Below, piece by piece: positions 1 through 13,989 of a stretch of DNA of 64,000 nt (position 1 is the stretch's first letter; each line of letters starts with the position of its first letter). Below the pieces are notes generated by a model that saw only the letters and a program-made list of their open reading frames with translations, was not told where the DNA came from and did not search any database. This stretch comes from the human T2T-CHM13v2.0 reference genome, Homo sapiens. The position numbers and the translations under genes were made by a program. The stretch lies in assembly GCF_009914755.1 (NCBI RefSeq), contig NC_060938.1; one strand, 5' to 3'.

Positions 1-3000
1 AGGAGGTAAACGTAACTTCAGGAATATTCTTTGAAAATTGTACATGTATTTGGCAAAAAGTGCCACATCTCAAAACAGATAGTGCATTTCTACATAGATT
101 TTGACACAAATTTCCATACACTTGGAGTTAGAGTCTGATTGTGGAATTAGAAAACACATTTTCCAGGATTTGAGCATTTCCTCTCTTAGGTGTCCCCTGC
201 AACTTTTTAATCAAAGTACAGGTGATTCTGTGGTTCTTTTTTTTTTTTAAAGACTGAAAAGTATTCATGAATTATGTTCTACAGTATCTACCTTTATTAG
301 ACTATGAAACGACAGCTGCTTAATAGGAATATTATCGTTTTGACTTTTGTAACTTCGTAAAATGTCCTGTTTAGTACACTTAAGAAAAAGTCAGATCTAC
401 GATTAGTGACGTGTGAATAATAATGGAATATTAAAATTTTAGAGGTTTCATCCACCAAGCCTGTCTTAGCATTTATTCCATTTCAGACTATAACTGACTT
501 ATGGCATAACTAAAATATATAGTAAGCACATTGTTTTCGCATATTGTCAGTCTAGTAATGTCTGTCATTCATTCACTCAGCTTGTGTGAAGTCTCAATAG
601 TGTGATTATGGAAACGCTCAGTTCAGGTTGAAACAATGATTTCTCCTGTGTTGTTGATTTGTTTCTTTTCTCAGGTGCCTTTTCACAGCCTGACTTTTAC
701 TTCTTTCCTGCTGACAAAGTTGATGAACATGTGGGAAGGCAATGGGAAAAAATGGGGATTACATGTGATTCAAGCTGTTCCAGCCTGACAGGGTACTGGA
801 GGGATTTTCAGAATTGTGGAGACAGCTGGGTTGAGGGGGACTCACTGAATAAGCCACAGAATCCTTAATTATCTAACAATGTGCCTTGCTTCTCGCACAC
901 CCTAAATGATAGGGCATTACATACCCAATCACTTTCCTTGGTTTGGTGCTGGCTGGAGGTGGAGATAGAACGGGAGGAAGGAAAGGAAGACAGATGGGCC
1001 AAGGAAGGTGGAGGAGGAGGGAGAGGATGGGGGAGGAGAGAGACCTTGTGGGCTGCTGAATACAGTGGGATTGAAAAATAGTGGGTTTTCTTTGTGCTTG
1101 GTAGTTCTGTGATTTAATTGTCTTAGACTAGTTATGAAACTATGAAAATTGATTGATTTTTATATATTTGCTATGAGATTGCTTATTTTCTAAGGAAAGT
1201 ACCCTGAAGTTTTTTGTTGCGCTATGACAGTTCATTTCTTATTGAACTGACTTCTTTCCCCCGTTTGTTGCTGCTTATTATTGTTTACTTTTCCTTTTCA
1301 TTCTTCTTCTTTGGGTACGTTTTACATTATGGTTCATTAAAAAATTTTAGATTTACTTTTGTTAAGTACCTGAAGGTCTTTTTAAAAAAATTCTTACTGC
1401 CTTCTATGTTTGCAGCTTGTTCCCCCACCACACACACCTTTTTCTGTTTTTCTATGTTGCAAACTTTATTTTTTAAAGATAATTTTCTAAAAATATGATT
1501 CTGCTATCCAGTGAGACTCTACTAGCACAGATGAAAGAAAAACTGGGCCAGAAGTCCTCACAGTAATCATGTCACACACCACTCCCAATTCGGCAGTCTT
1601 TATAGTTGGTAAAATTCAGCTCCTTTCTTTGGAAGGGGTGATGCAAACCAGCTTCTTTACTAAAAAAAAAAGGTGAGATTTTAGTATTTGAAGTTCGTCA
1701 TTTGTAGGGCAGCTCATTGCTGTTAAAATTTCTGGCTTTTCTGGCTTTCATCAGAAATGAATGATTAATTTATTCTGAAAATGGACCTTTCCTCCTTCCC
1801 CCTTCTCTTTTTCCTGCCTTGTTAACGTCTTAGCACATGTCTGAATGAAATGGAAGTATAGCTCTGTTGATTATAGCTAAATCACCCGTCATGCCTCAAA
1901 CATGTATAATTTAGAGCTGGGTGCTTCAATTGAGTGCTGTTACATCTGAAAGGTTTATAATTTTACAGAATTGATGCACACTTCTCATGAATGTCGTCAG
2001 GACTTGTAAAGAATAGTTAATAACAGCCTCCTCCTCCCAAAACACAAGCAAATTCCTTCTACCCCATTGTACTTATTCATTTAAAATGAATTACAACCAT
2101 ATCTATGGTCACTTTAAATGAAAGCCATTTGAATATATTCTTGTTAGGTGCAAATTAATCTAATTTCTTCAAAAGTAGTCAAAGCAACAGTAGATACAAC
2201 AATAATGTCTCCTTAAGTTCTATTTTGCCTTCACAGTGAGGTCTAAAAAGAAAAGGACATTAAATTTAAGCAAACCTTTGAAAACAACTCCTGTTTTGAA
2301 AACAAGTTTTTGAAAGTTTCTAAGTCAAGACTACCTACATTAAAGAGTTATATGCAGATGCCATACAATCCTCAGTAGGATCATATGCCTCTTTAAGAGG
2401 ATGTTTGTCAACTTCTCCTTATGGAATAACGGCAGGGAAGAAGAATATTGAAGACTTAAAAGTACTTTTAGTTTTTAACTTTATCCCAAGGACTTAATAG
2501 TGTTTTCAATTTGAAATTTTGGTTTAACCACAAGATGGAAAAATTAATGATGCAAGAACTGGTGCCCACAGGATCTAATGGGCAAGTTGGGGGGTGACTT
2601 GGTATTATGGGAGCTTTGCTGTTCATCCTGAGGTACAGGAGGGAAGGCCAAGAGAATGGGAAAGATGCATGAAGCTGGCAGGTTTGCTGGCCTGGGCATG
2701 GGGTTGCTGACATAGCAGCTGAACATTGATTTCTATCCTTTTTCCCCTCGTACTCTATTGTTTAGTTGTCCTGTCTGCTGAGGAAAGCATTAGTTCAGGA
2801 GTATAAAAATAGTCGTTTTGTCTGGTTTGGTGAGAACCCAAAGGCTATGGCAAGGCTTGGACCATCAGGGAGGGATGGCTGTTCATAGTACTGAACAGTT
2901 TCCTGGGAAGTCTGGGATTCCGTTGCATAGATGAAACTAAAACTTGTTTCATTCAACTTAAGACAAAGTTTCCATTTGATTCATAATGAAAATGCTTAAC

Positions 3001-3269
3001 ATTTTCCAGGCATTATTCTGTTTACTGTGTGTATGGGTCCGGGAAAATTAAATGTAGGAAGAGACGACATCAGACCAGAATGTTGTATGTGCGCCCCTGT
3101 GCCCTCAGGGCTTTTGTCAGGACGGACGTTAGGACTGGCAAGGCAAGATTGGCTGGCACGAGAATGGCCAGTTGGGCAACTAAACATCTTTTCGTCTTTG
3201 GTCTGTTAGGTTTTTTCTGAGGTGGAATTTGCCTCACAGTTTTTAGGAGATAACTTATTTCATAGACCA

Positions 3270-3626
3270 GGTGTTAGCCCATTCTCATGTGGCTATGAAG
3301 AAATACCTGAGACTGTGTAATTTATAAAGAAAAGAGGTTTAATTGACTCACAGTTCGGCATGGCTGGGGAGGCCTCAGGATACTTACAATCATGGCAGAA
3401 GGCACCTCTTCACAGGTCAGCGGGAGAGAGAGTGAGGCAAGCAGGGAAAATGCCAGATGCTTGTAAAACCATCAGATCTCATGATGCTCACTCACTGTCA
3501 TGAGAACAGCATGGGGGAAACCACCCCCAAGATTCAGTTATCTCCACCTGGTCCAGCCCTTGACACGTGGGGTTTATTACGGTTCAAGGTGAGATTTGGT
3601 TGGGGACACTGAGCCAAACCGTATCA
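3270..3626 (-). mobile_element. THE1C/THE1D-type MaLR solo LTR
   Basis: Contains gaaatacctgagactg..tttataaagaaaagaggtttaattgactcacag..ggggacactgagccaaaccgtatca. Flanks gacca/gaccc form a near-perfect 5-bp TSD. Confidence 0.9.
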
Positions 3627-4624
3627 GACCCTATTCCTGGATTTGAATTATAAACATTTCATGACAAGGAAAATTCCTTGTAGCGTTGTACAAAGGCCTT
3701 GATAAACTTAAACAAATGCAAAGGGTGTTGCTTGTGGCTATTCAGTACCATATCAGTGTAGTTCTGATCTTTTCCAGCTCTAGAGAGTTCTTTTATTGGC
3801 AGTGGTCTCTAAGTTACTGTGATTTGAGTCTGCCTATCCCCCTTGGAAATAAGACGTCACTGTGGGCTCATAACTTCAGATAGCGACACTGATCTCTGCT
3901 TCATCTGTAAAATTTTGGCTCACCCTTTAAAGTTAAAACAAACTCAAGGTTTCAAGTAAATAGGCAACAAATATATTACTCATTTAGAAATCTGTTGGAT
4001 AGAATCAAGACATGCCACTTCTTGAATGCTATTATCTCTAAGTGGAGGCTTGCTCCTACCCACTGCACTGTCTGAGAATATGGTGGGCTTGCGAGAGGAA
4101 ACTCCCACCGAGCCATTAGGCTCCCATTTACCAGTAACTGGGTGCCTCACAGTTGCTAAATTGTCAGAGTTAGGAATTTAATACTTAGAAGTGGTGGTGA
4201 GCTCCCTGCGTGGGGACAACATAGTAGTATCCCTAACCTAGAACCTGGCAGAGGTCTAGAATATTGTGGGGGCTTAGTAGAAATGTACTAAACAAGGAAT
4301 GAATGAATCAGTCTTCCACACCCTTCTCTTTGCATACGCATTTACACATAATTACATATACATTTGTCCTTTACAAAATTCTCAAGTTTGATTTTTTTCC
4401 TTCCAGGCCAGTTTAGTTCCTTTTCATTGTAAATAAATAGGATGAGGTTATGGCATAATTTTTTTTAAACACTAAAGATTGCTATTTATAATACTTATTT
4501 TTAATAAAAATAGGAGTACATAGCCTTCATGTTTCAAATAAAAAAGATGAAAAAAACTACTGCCCTATTTTTTTTAAGATTAAAAAATTATAGGACCAGA
4601 TTTAGATCTTTTTAAACTACAGCT

Positions 4625-5992
4625 TTTTTTCTTTGCTTTTCATTTTGATCTTATGTAAAAATTGTTCAACTATACAGAGAGTTCCCATATATCCTTCATG
4701 CTTCTTCTAATATCAGTTTTCATATTCATGGAAAAATTATGGAACCTGGAAATTAGCAGTGGTACAATATTATTGCTGAAACTACGGATCTTCTATGAAT
4801 TTCACCAGTTTTTCCCCAATCCTTTTTTTTTGGTTCCACAATCCAGTCTAGTATCTCACATTGCATTGGTTGTCATGTCTCCTTACTCCCTTCTAATCTG
4901 TGACAGTTCCTCAGTCTTTCATGACCATGACTCTTTTGTTGAGTACTGGTCGGTTATTTTGTAGACTGCCTCTCAATTTGGGTTAGTCAGTGTGTTCTTG
5001 TGGTTAGGCTGAGGCTATCCAGTTTTGTCTAGAAGTCCACAGAAGTAATGTGTTCTTAGTGTATCACAGCAGGATACACTGCATACAAATGATGATGAAA
5101 TGTCTTACCTTGATCACTTAGTGAAGGTGATGTCTGCTTAATTCTTCTCTGTAGTTATTATTGTTCCCTTGTAATTGATAAATATCTTGGGGGAGACACG
5201 TTGAGATGAATTTTCATGTTTTCCCTTAGACTTTCACCAGCTGATTTTAGCATCCATCAGTAGATCTTGCCTGCAAGTTATTTCTGTGATGTTTGCCTAA
5301 TGGTGATTTTGTATTTCCTTTATTTCTTTTTTTCTTTATTGGAATTCTTCCGTAAGGACGGTCTGTCCCTTCTCCTTCATTTAAATATTTATTCAGTTTT
5401 TTATATCAAAATGGAGTTTGGGATATTTATTTTGTCCTATGATTGTAATTCAAAGAAGTAAATTGTTATTTACTTTTTTGCTCAGACTGTTTCAGCTTTG
5501 GCCATTGTTGAGTTTCAGCATGTTGGCTCCTGTGTCCTTTTGACATGCCCCATTGGGCACTTCCTTGATTTTTAGCAGCATATGATGTTTTAGGCTCACC
5601 TTGTATTTTCCCTGTCTCAGCCTGCAATCAACCACTTTTTCACAGAGCCTCATTTCCTTTTATTGGAAGATGATATTTAGAAGTCAGGATCTGGGTGCTA
5701 ATTGAACTCATTGCTACTGGATTATCATTGCTTCCAGACTATCTTGGTGGAGAGCTAGGAAAAACATGCATGTATACTAGCATATGCTTGTATATACATC
5801 TATATTTATTTCTATATACATGTATTTGTGTGTGTGCATGTGTATACTCATACTGTACTACCGCTGATTCCAGTCTAACACCCTAAGAATCATTCTAGCC
5901 TTCTCTTTTCCCTTACTTGTAACTTCTTTCGTAGACAGTGAGAAACTTGGTTCTCATTACTACAGCATATTTACTACCTTGTTCAATCCTAT
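4625..5992 (-). mobile_element. Old L1 (L1MC/L1MD-type) 3' region, interrupted by an MLT2 LTR and resuming ~6394-6435
   Basis: Contains tttcaccagtttttcccc..cacattgcattggttgtcatgtctcctt..gagtactggtc..ttttgtagactgcctctcaatttgggt, typical of an antisense L1MC 3'UTR. Boundaries approximate. Confidence 0.7.
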
Positions 5993-6393
5993 TGTATCAT
6001 TGAGGATTCAACCAGAGAAACAGAACTAGCAAGAGATATATTAAAAAGATTTCTTGCAAGGAATTGGCTTATGTGATTATGGGGCTGGCTAGGTGAGTCC
6101 AAAATCCATAGAGCAGTCTGCCAGGAAAGACAGACTAGAACTCTTGGGCATGAGCCAAAGCTGATGTCCACAGGTGGGATTCTTCAGGGAAGCCAGAGTT
6201 CTGCTCCTAAGCCTTTTCATCTGATTCAGTTAGGTCCCCACAGGCTATCTAGGAGAATCTCCTTTATGTAAATATAACTGATTATGGACTTTAATAACAT
6301 CTACAAGATACCTTCATGGCAGCATGCAGATTAGTGTTCGAATAACTAGGGACAATAGCCTGGCTGAATTGACACATAAAACTGGCCATCACA
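5993..6393 (-). mobile_element. MLT2 (ERVL; MLT2C/D-like) solo LTR
   Basis: Contains ccagagaaacagaac..gaattggcttatgtgattatgg..ttgacacataaaactggccatcaca. TSD cctat/cctaa. Confidence 0.85.
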
Positions 6394-6439
6394 CCTAATA
6401 TATGCATAATATAGTTACAAAATTGCTAATATGATAGAT

Positions 6440-6506
6440 ATGATTATAAAATTTTGTAAAGATGATGTATAAAATTTTGTAAAGATGATTATAAAATTTT
6501 GTAAAG
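6440..6506. repeat. AT-rich minisatellite, 3 copies of a 22-23 bp unit (atgattataaaattttgtaaag)
   Basis: Copies at 6440-6461, 6462-6484 (one extra base) and 6485-6506. Confidence 0.92.
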
Positions 6507-6805
6507 ACATGATGAATGTAAAATAGCACTGTTCAGAATCTCTAATTATGCATTTTATTTATGATCTTGTTGGGCCTCTTGCCCTGTAACTCCAGCCCTG
6601 TCTTACCCTGTAATCTCAGCACTTAGTATGGGGCCTTGTACAGGAATAAAAGGAATAAGGATTTCCATCCTACTATTTCTTTATTACTGACTTTACTCTT
6701 TGCCGGTGTTTCCATTACAGGAGAAGAGGGATGTGGAAGACCCAGTTTGGAAGGGGTTAGAAAAAGACCAAAAGGTGGGTGTTAGGTTAAGTCCTGGCTT
6801 CTAGG

Positions 6806-7180
6806 TGTATTGCTATGAAGAACTTCCTGAGACTAGGTTCTTTATAAAGAAAAGAGGCTTAATTGGCTAACAGTTCTGCAGGCTGTGCAGGTAGTGTGGC
6901 TGGGGAGGCCTCAGGAAACTTTCAGTCATGGCAGAAAGCAAAAGGCAGGCACATCTTCACATGGCAGAGCAGGAGAGAGAGTGAAGGGGAAGGTGCCGTA
7001 TACTTTTAAACAACCAGATCTCGTGAGAACTCTATCAATCATGAAACAGTGCTGGGGGATGGTGCTAAACCATTAGAAACCACCCCCATGATCCAGTCAC
7101 CTCCCACCAGGCCCCACCTCCAACACTGGGGATTACAATTCAGCATGAGATTTGGGTTGGGACACAGCCAGACCGTATCT
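6806..7180 (-). mobile_element. MSTA-type MaLR solo LTR
   Basis: Contains tgctatgaagaacttcctgagact..cacctcccaccaggccccacctccaacactggggattacaattc. Perfect TSD ctagg at 6801-6805 and 7181-7185. Confidence 0.9.
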
Positions 7181-8557
7181 CTAGGAAAATGTTTCATAAA
7201 TGTTCTTTTTGCCTCTGGTTAATTTTGAAATAGTTCAGTGAATGACAGATCTGTTTCAGTCACAGAATGCCTGCTTTCCCTCCCTTCCCCACACCTTCTT
7301 TCCACTCCTTCTACAAGTTCTGCTTAGTTAGGTTTTATACCTTTGAGAGCAGGATAACTCCCCATAGTTTAAAGCTCCAAAATAGATTAGCCGAGGGCAT
7401 TATCAGACAGTAGCAGTTCACATTTTTTTCATTTGGAGTAGCAGCAGAATGCAAACTATCATTTATTCAACCATATTTTATGAGAGTTTTTCCTATGCCA
7501 TGCATTTGGGCTACAGAAAGGAAAAGATACGGCCTCTGCTATGAAAGGGTATATATTCTAGTGTACTGTTTCTCTAATTTGAGTAACATATGGTTCTGTT
7601 TCAAAGGGAAAACAATTATCTGAACTCCCAATGTTGACTTACATTACTTTTGTTATAATATTACTGAAGTATGTAGAAACCTGTAACTAGGAGTAAGCAC
7701 TTTATGCTTACATATTTTTTACAGCTATAAACCAAAGCCAGTTTGTAATGAAATATAAAACTATAAAGTCATTGAAATCCAAATTGACTGTATTAATGTG
7801 ACAGATGACATTGTTTTGCTAAAACAGAAGGACTGTTTGCAATACAAAATATTGTATTGACTCATCCCGGCAGAGGTTTTTAAGTTCAGACTACCTCTCC
7901 TGCGTGGGATGACTCAGTGTTCCTAGTTCTGTGTCGGAAATGCTGAAGTCCTGGTTCTTGTGGAGTGCAGTATGATTTCATTTGGTCTCCTGTTGCCCCA
8001 AATGCATCATCTGTGTGGTAGGTCTGCCTCTTGGTTTTTTGTTAGTGACAGACAATGGAAATGGTAATAGTTTGCCCCATCATGACTCTAAATGCAGTAC
8101 AAACTGGGACATTGAGAAAGAAGATTTAAAAATAGTCTTCTTTACATATTGTGGACCCCTAAGAATAGGTCCATGAATCTCCCTTGGCGATGCATTGGTT
8201 CAGTGGAGAGAGAGGTGCAAACATACTTTCACCATATGATGTGCTCATTACTGTACTGGAAGTTCGTATAAGATACAATCTGATGGTAGGAGAAGGTGTG
8301 AACATTAGGTTGAAACTTGAAGGATGAGAAGGATTTTGCCAGGTTGACATGTAAAGGAGAGCATTTCCAGCAGGACTAACAGAATGTACACAGTCATAGG
8401 GTCTTGGAGGAATGGGTGGTTCTGTACTATTGGAATATAGTACAAACTTGTGAAGTTGAAAGTAACATTCTAGCACAGTCTTCATTACGGAATTATTAGG
8501 TTTGCATGATGAGAGATAAATTTTACTTGTGTTATAACATTATAAGATAAAGGTCTT

Positions 8558-9110
8558 CTTTTTTTTTTTCTTCTTTACTGAGGTGTTCTTTATATGCCAT
8601 ACCTCACCTACTTCAGTACAGTTCAGTGGTTTAGTAAATTGATACATTACTTTATATGTTCATCACCACAGTCCAGTTCAGAATACTTTCATCACCATAC
8701 ATTGTTCCCTCCTGCCAGTCTGTGGTTAATTCCTGTGCCCGTCTCAGCTCTAGGCAACCACTGATCTGTGCTTTGTCTCTATAATTTTGCCTTTTCTAGA
8801 AATTTCATAACGTAGGATCACACAGGATTTAGTCTTTTGAGTCTGGTTTCTTCCACTTAACATAATGTTTTCATTAGTCATCCATGTTGTAGCATGTATC
8901 AGTACTTCTTTTTATGACCAAGTGATATTCCATTGTATATCAATGGCCATGCCACATTTTGTTTATGTATTGATCAGTTAATGGACAGTTGGATTGTCTT
9001 CAAGTTTTGGCTATTATGAATGATGCTGTTATGAACATTTGCTTGCAACTCTTTGCATGGATGTATATTTTTCTTTGGTAGGTACTTAGTAGTGGAATTG
9101 CTAGGTCTTG
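8558..9110 (-). mobile_element. L1MB-type 3' end fragment
   Basis: Poly-T followed by ggcaaccactgatctg..tccatgttgtagcatgtatcagtacttc..tggctattatgaatgatgctgttatgaacatt. ORF 9000-9182 (AIPLLSTYQRK...KQMFITASFIIAKT) resembles the ORF2 C-terminus. Confidence 0.82.
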
Positions 9111-9879
9111 TGATGAGATGCTGTACCATCTTACTGAGTTTATTGTATTACTGGCAACAAGCCATAGTGTTGTCATTTGCATTTATGGGGAACAGCAGCA
9201 CATGTACATGGGGAAGAGGGAATGAGAAGATATGAAAATCACTGGTGGGATGGCTTCTTTCTTTGTCTCTTACTTAACATTCTGAATTCCTACACCAGCA
9301 CCAAATTGCATAGAATGGCATTTTGAGGATATAACATTTTTCTTCCTGAAGTTTAATGTTTATATTAATTCTTTTTATGAGCTCTGGTTTTATGTGAACT
9401 ATTTGTTGATCCATGAAATCTGGGAAAATACCCCTATAGTGATCCCCAACTGGGCTAAAACAACATCGTTATAATTCTCTGTCTTGTGATGGAATTCTCT
9501 GGCCCTAGCCTTTTAGAAAGTTAGGGGAGAGCTATAAATATGTAGGAGGAAGAGAAGATATTTTGAGGTGTGTGGTTTGGGTGTGTGTTAAAAAGGAAAA
9601 CTAGAGTACTGTTATGTTATTACCCATGTGGCGTTTTGACCACAGGATTATTAGTCTGACAGGTTGTCTTGGAATCAGATTTGGTACAAGACTGCATAGT
9701 CTATGTAACTGAACCTGGGAACAGTTCAGTTTAGGTTTGGTGCTTTAATAGCATTAGATGAGAAATGTAGATTACTGAATACTTTTGGGTCATAATGTAA
9801 AGTTCAGCACCAGATCGTTATCTTTCCCTGGTAAATCCACTTCCTTGCACTGGATTCTGTCTCAGGGCAGCTGGCACTA

Positions 9880-10615
9880 TAAGCTGTGCAAACCAGAACC
9901 TAGAGGTCAGCCTGGATCCTTCCCTTGCCCTTCATATCACATAAATCACTGAGCTTTTTTTACTTCCTTATGTCCAATCTGACTTCTCTTTTCTATCCCA
10001 GGCTTGCCTGTAGCCTCCTTATTCCTTTTCATCTTTTCTCCATTCCAGTCCATCCTTCACAGTGCTAACCACAGAGATCTAGTAACAATGAAAAGAGATG
10101 TGACCCTGTTAAGATTTATGTAAAAATGTATGCGCATGTGTGTGTTGGCTCTAGGATAAAGTGCAAATGTTCCATGGTGTAAAAGGACCTTCACAGTACA
10201 GGCCCTGCCTGCATCAGTTCCCTCTGTGTTCTCATGTACAGCCTGCAGCCTATTCTTGGGGCTTCTCAGGTGGCCCATGTGCTCTTGCTTCCAGGCCTTT
10301 GCAGATCTTGCTCTGGCTGTCTGGGACACCCTGTCCTCCCCAGCCCTTGTCTGCTCCGAACATATACATTCAGCCTTTCAAGACTCAGTGTAGGTGCCTC
10401 AGCTGCCTGAAACCTTCCCACACACCTTTTCCCTCCTCTCCTCCTTTCTTCTGTGTTCTCTGAGCACTTTTGCAAACCTTCCTATTGTCCTTTGTCCCTA
10501 GGGACTGTAGCAGTGTGTTTGCTTCTGCTCCCCTGCTGAACTGTGTTCTCCTGGTAGCAGGGACTTTTCTTACATGTTTGTGATCCTGGTATCTAGTCCT
10601 GTGCTTGGCAAGAGT
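9880..10615 (+). mobile_element. L2 fragment
   Basis: Degenerate pyrimidine-rich L2 3' region (ccagaacctagaggtcagcctgg..aggataaagtgcaa..cagggact..tgtgcttggca). Boundaries approximate. Confidence 0.6.
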
Positions 10616-13329
10616 GAACACTCCACAAGGATTTTCAGATGAAGAGGGAAGAGGAGTCAGGGAAAATGGGGGATGGGAGCAGCAGATACTTGTGAGAAGT
10701 GAGAGGCAGCCCATGAATATCGGAGGAGGAAGTGTGTGGGTAACTGTGTCTTTCAGGAAGGTTGAGACCCAAACCCATTCACTGATTGAAAGAGCTTCAG
10801 GAGAGAGGTCACCTCCTTAGCTTACTTGTTTCAGTAATCCAAGCTCTCATGCTAAGAAAATGTAGAATGACATTTTACCCAAATCCTTTCAACTAGGGTT
10901 TAAATCTTTTTGGCTTTAGTATGTATGGATCCTTCTGTGAAGGCAGATAAAACATTCTAACCAGGGTTTTAATAAAATTGAAACGAGTTGTGAAGTTAGA
11001 TGCTAAAATGGGTGAACTTACTACATAAGCTTTAAACCTCATATCCATGGTTATTGAAAAGTGAGGGCTTTGCAAACAGTGTGCTTTTCCCTGTTTAACT
11101 TTCTTCTTATGCATCGTTCTGCTTTATGTATTCTGGTAAGATATTCCGCACACTGCAGCTCGTTCTCTGTCCTTTTTTATTTCTACAACTTGCCAAGTTT
11201 AATCACATGTGGAATTATGCCTTACAAAATAAGAATGCCTGCCTCAAGGAGCATGGGAGTCTAGGAAGAAAATGCTATGAGAAAAGAAATGTAAGAATAT
11301 ATCTTATCACCAAGTATTTCTCCATTTGGCTCATGGTTCAGTTTCCTTGGAGATTGGAGCCCACCTTTTACTTTTTTTTTTTCTTTTTTAAAACTACATC
11401 ACAGTGTGAAATCTTTTTTGTTGCTCTGGTAGATTAATTTTTACCTGACCTTCAGGAGTTGTGTTGCCTCAGTTCATTTCCAGATTATCTCACTTTGCAG
11501 CATCTCTGAAAAATATCTTAAAATCTCTAAAATATTGTGTATGTTATATTTTTATTCTTGATCTAAAAGCTCAAGTATCTTTTAGGGATTAATACAAACA
11601 TTTTGTGTTTTACTTTCGTTAAGGACGTTTAATGTCTTTCCTCCCATGTATATAGAACATGCATTTTTCCTGCCTTCTTCCTTTTTTGGTACTGGTCGGA
11701 GATTTAACAGGTCTTGCTTCCCTCTAACTCTCTATGCTAGCTCCAGCTACCTAGTGGATGGGATTAATGGTTTTTCTAGACATCTATGTTATAGACATTA
11801 GTAATACTATTATTAAGAGGAAAACGTTAATAACTTTAGTTATGCTTGCTACCTTCCCTCTCAGGCGCTTGAGATATAAGGAAAAATAAGGTAAAGTGCT
11901 TTGATCTCTTCAAAAGCAAAATAGTTTGAAGAGGAAATACTGTGGGGATTAAGTCCCTGGCAGCAAGCACGGCGTAACTGTCAAGTGTGTCTGGTGGTTA
12001 ACATTAAGATGCAGTGTTAACTGCCAGCATGCCAGCTTGAAGGAAACCATTTCCCCACGTATAAGCCAAAATAAAGAAATTCATTTAGACAGAGTTTAAG
12101 AATGAAGATGTATTTTAATGAATGCTATGTATGTTAATTGGTCCAATGTAATCTCGTAACTGATCCCATTTTCTATTAGCCATATGTTTGGTTTTTTGAA
12201 AAATTATTTTTAAGTATACTCAGTAGTCACTTTAAGATAAGTGATTTTTTTTTTCAGGCTAGCCTATATCTGACACACTGCTGAGTAGTAGAGTACTTAT
12301 TTATTAATGAGTTTTGGAAGTAGGTAATTAACATAACTAAGAATGTTTAAGTATCTGTTTATATATTTTTGAGGTATTTATAGTACTTGGAAAATATCTT
12401 ATAACCTCTATTTCCAAGATTCTAAATATTTGAAGGGCTGTCAGCTAGAAAAGTGGCAGATTTATTTGCATTGGTTGAGAAGGCTTGATATGGACACTGA
12501 GTAAAAACGACAAAGAAGCCAAGTTTAACATAATATACAGAAAACCTTTACTAGGGATGTGAGCTGGCCTTCTGTGGCTGTGCTCCATCCACTTGGGACA
12601 GCTGGTCGGGCAACCCTTTGTCTCAGAGCTAGCAGAGTGGATTCTTGGCAGCATGGAGTGGCTGGACCAGGTGATGCACAGGATTCCTTCATCCTTGACC
12701 CTGAGAAATCTGAAGTAACTTTATGGATAAGAAGACTGAAGTTTAAGGGGATGAAATGATTTTGTCTTTTGCATGTTAAGAACTATGAAAATGAAAGATT
12801 CAGGCACCCTTGTCATCTTTGTGGCTGGAACTTAGAAATAAAAAGTGAAAAATGAGATTGAAGTAGGTGCTTCTGACCCGTGTTCTGACAGTGTTGCCTG
12901 CCCATTCCTGCCCATAGCACCCCGTGTGGCCTCTTTGCAGCATCTTTGGTGACTTGGAGCAGTTGCAGGGGTTTAATGCCACGTGGCCTTTGCCTATACC
13001 ATTCTCTTATTGCTCCCTCCCTCGGCCCCCATTTACCTGGTGAATTTTTACTTCTAGCCAGTGCATTGTTGTGCAGTTATCACCTCTGTGAACTCATTTT
13101 TGATCCTCACTTATCTTTACCCCATGCTTACTGCTCATCCTTGCTGGCCCCAGGTACTTCAACTGTGATGCTTCCTTGCTATTTTACACAGACCTGTTCT
13201 AGAACAACATTACTTATTGTAAGTGTTGCAGATTTCTCAAGGGGCTGAACTTCTTCAATGCATTGTGTGACCTTAATAATACCTCAACCATTAGAATGTA
13301 GTTGTTCAGCTAGGACCTGATGTCACAGT

Positions 13330-13523
13330 GTTTGTTCATCCCAGCTCTGCTGCTGCGTAGCTCCGTGGTGGTGAACAAATTACTTAACCCGTGCCTGAGG
13401 TTCTCTTCTCTTAGATGAGGATATTAACAGGGCCTCCCCTATAAGTTTGAGATTAACTGAGTTATTATATGTAAAGTGCTTAGAACAGTATCAAGTAAGC
13501 ATTTAGTAAGTTATAGTTACTAT
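13330..13523 (+). mobile_element. MIR SINE
   Basis: Contains atcccagctctgc..acaaattacttaacc..tatgtaaagtgcttagaacagt. Confidence 0.75.
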
Positions 13524-13609
13524 CTGGACTAAAGCTGAGAAACAAGTTTTATTAAGAAACAAATTATTAGTAGTTTATTTAAGAAGACAAAGTTCTGGGC
13601 CAAAAGAAA

Positions 13610-13975
13610 ATGAGATTAAGCTGCTCTTAACAAAGATACCCCAATGACACCTAAGTCTTATAGTTGAAATTTAGTAGATGTTTCCTTTCTCATCAAATAG
13701 CCCAAAGTTGAGCAGTCCAAGGCTGCTGTAGTCCACAGGATCATTCAGGGACCCAGCTTCCATTCATGCTGTTACTCCCAGGTAGTTGGTCCCACTCACA
13801 TAGTAGAAGCTGCCCTGTCTCCAGTCTGTGTTCCAGCATTCAGGGAAGAGAAAGGCCAGGGAATGTGCTTTCAACTTTAAGGAGAAGAGCCAGAAGTTGT
13901 ACTTATGGTCACATCCCTTTGTCCCAAACCATTACGTGGCCACATCTAGCTGCAAGGGAAACTGAGGGAGTTTCC
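13610..13975 (-). mobile_element. Old MLT1 (J/K-like) LTR
   Basis: Contains gcagtccaaggctg..cattcagggacccag..ccagaagttg..tggccacatctagctgcaagggaaactg. Confidence 0.65.
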
Positions 13976-13989
13976 TTCAGATGGACAGG

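Noticed and set aside
955-1042. Purine/GGA-rich tract (possible G-quadruplex or triplex)
   Set aside because: Mostly GG runs with irregular spacing; common low-complexity sequence.
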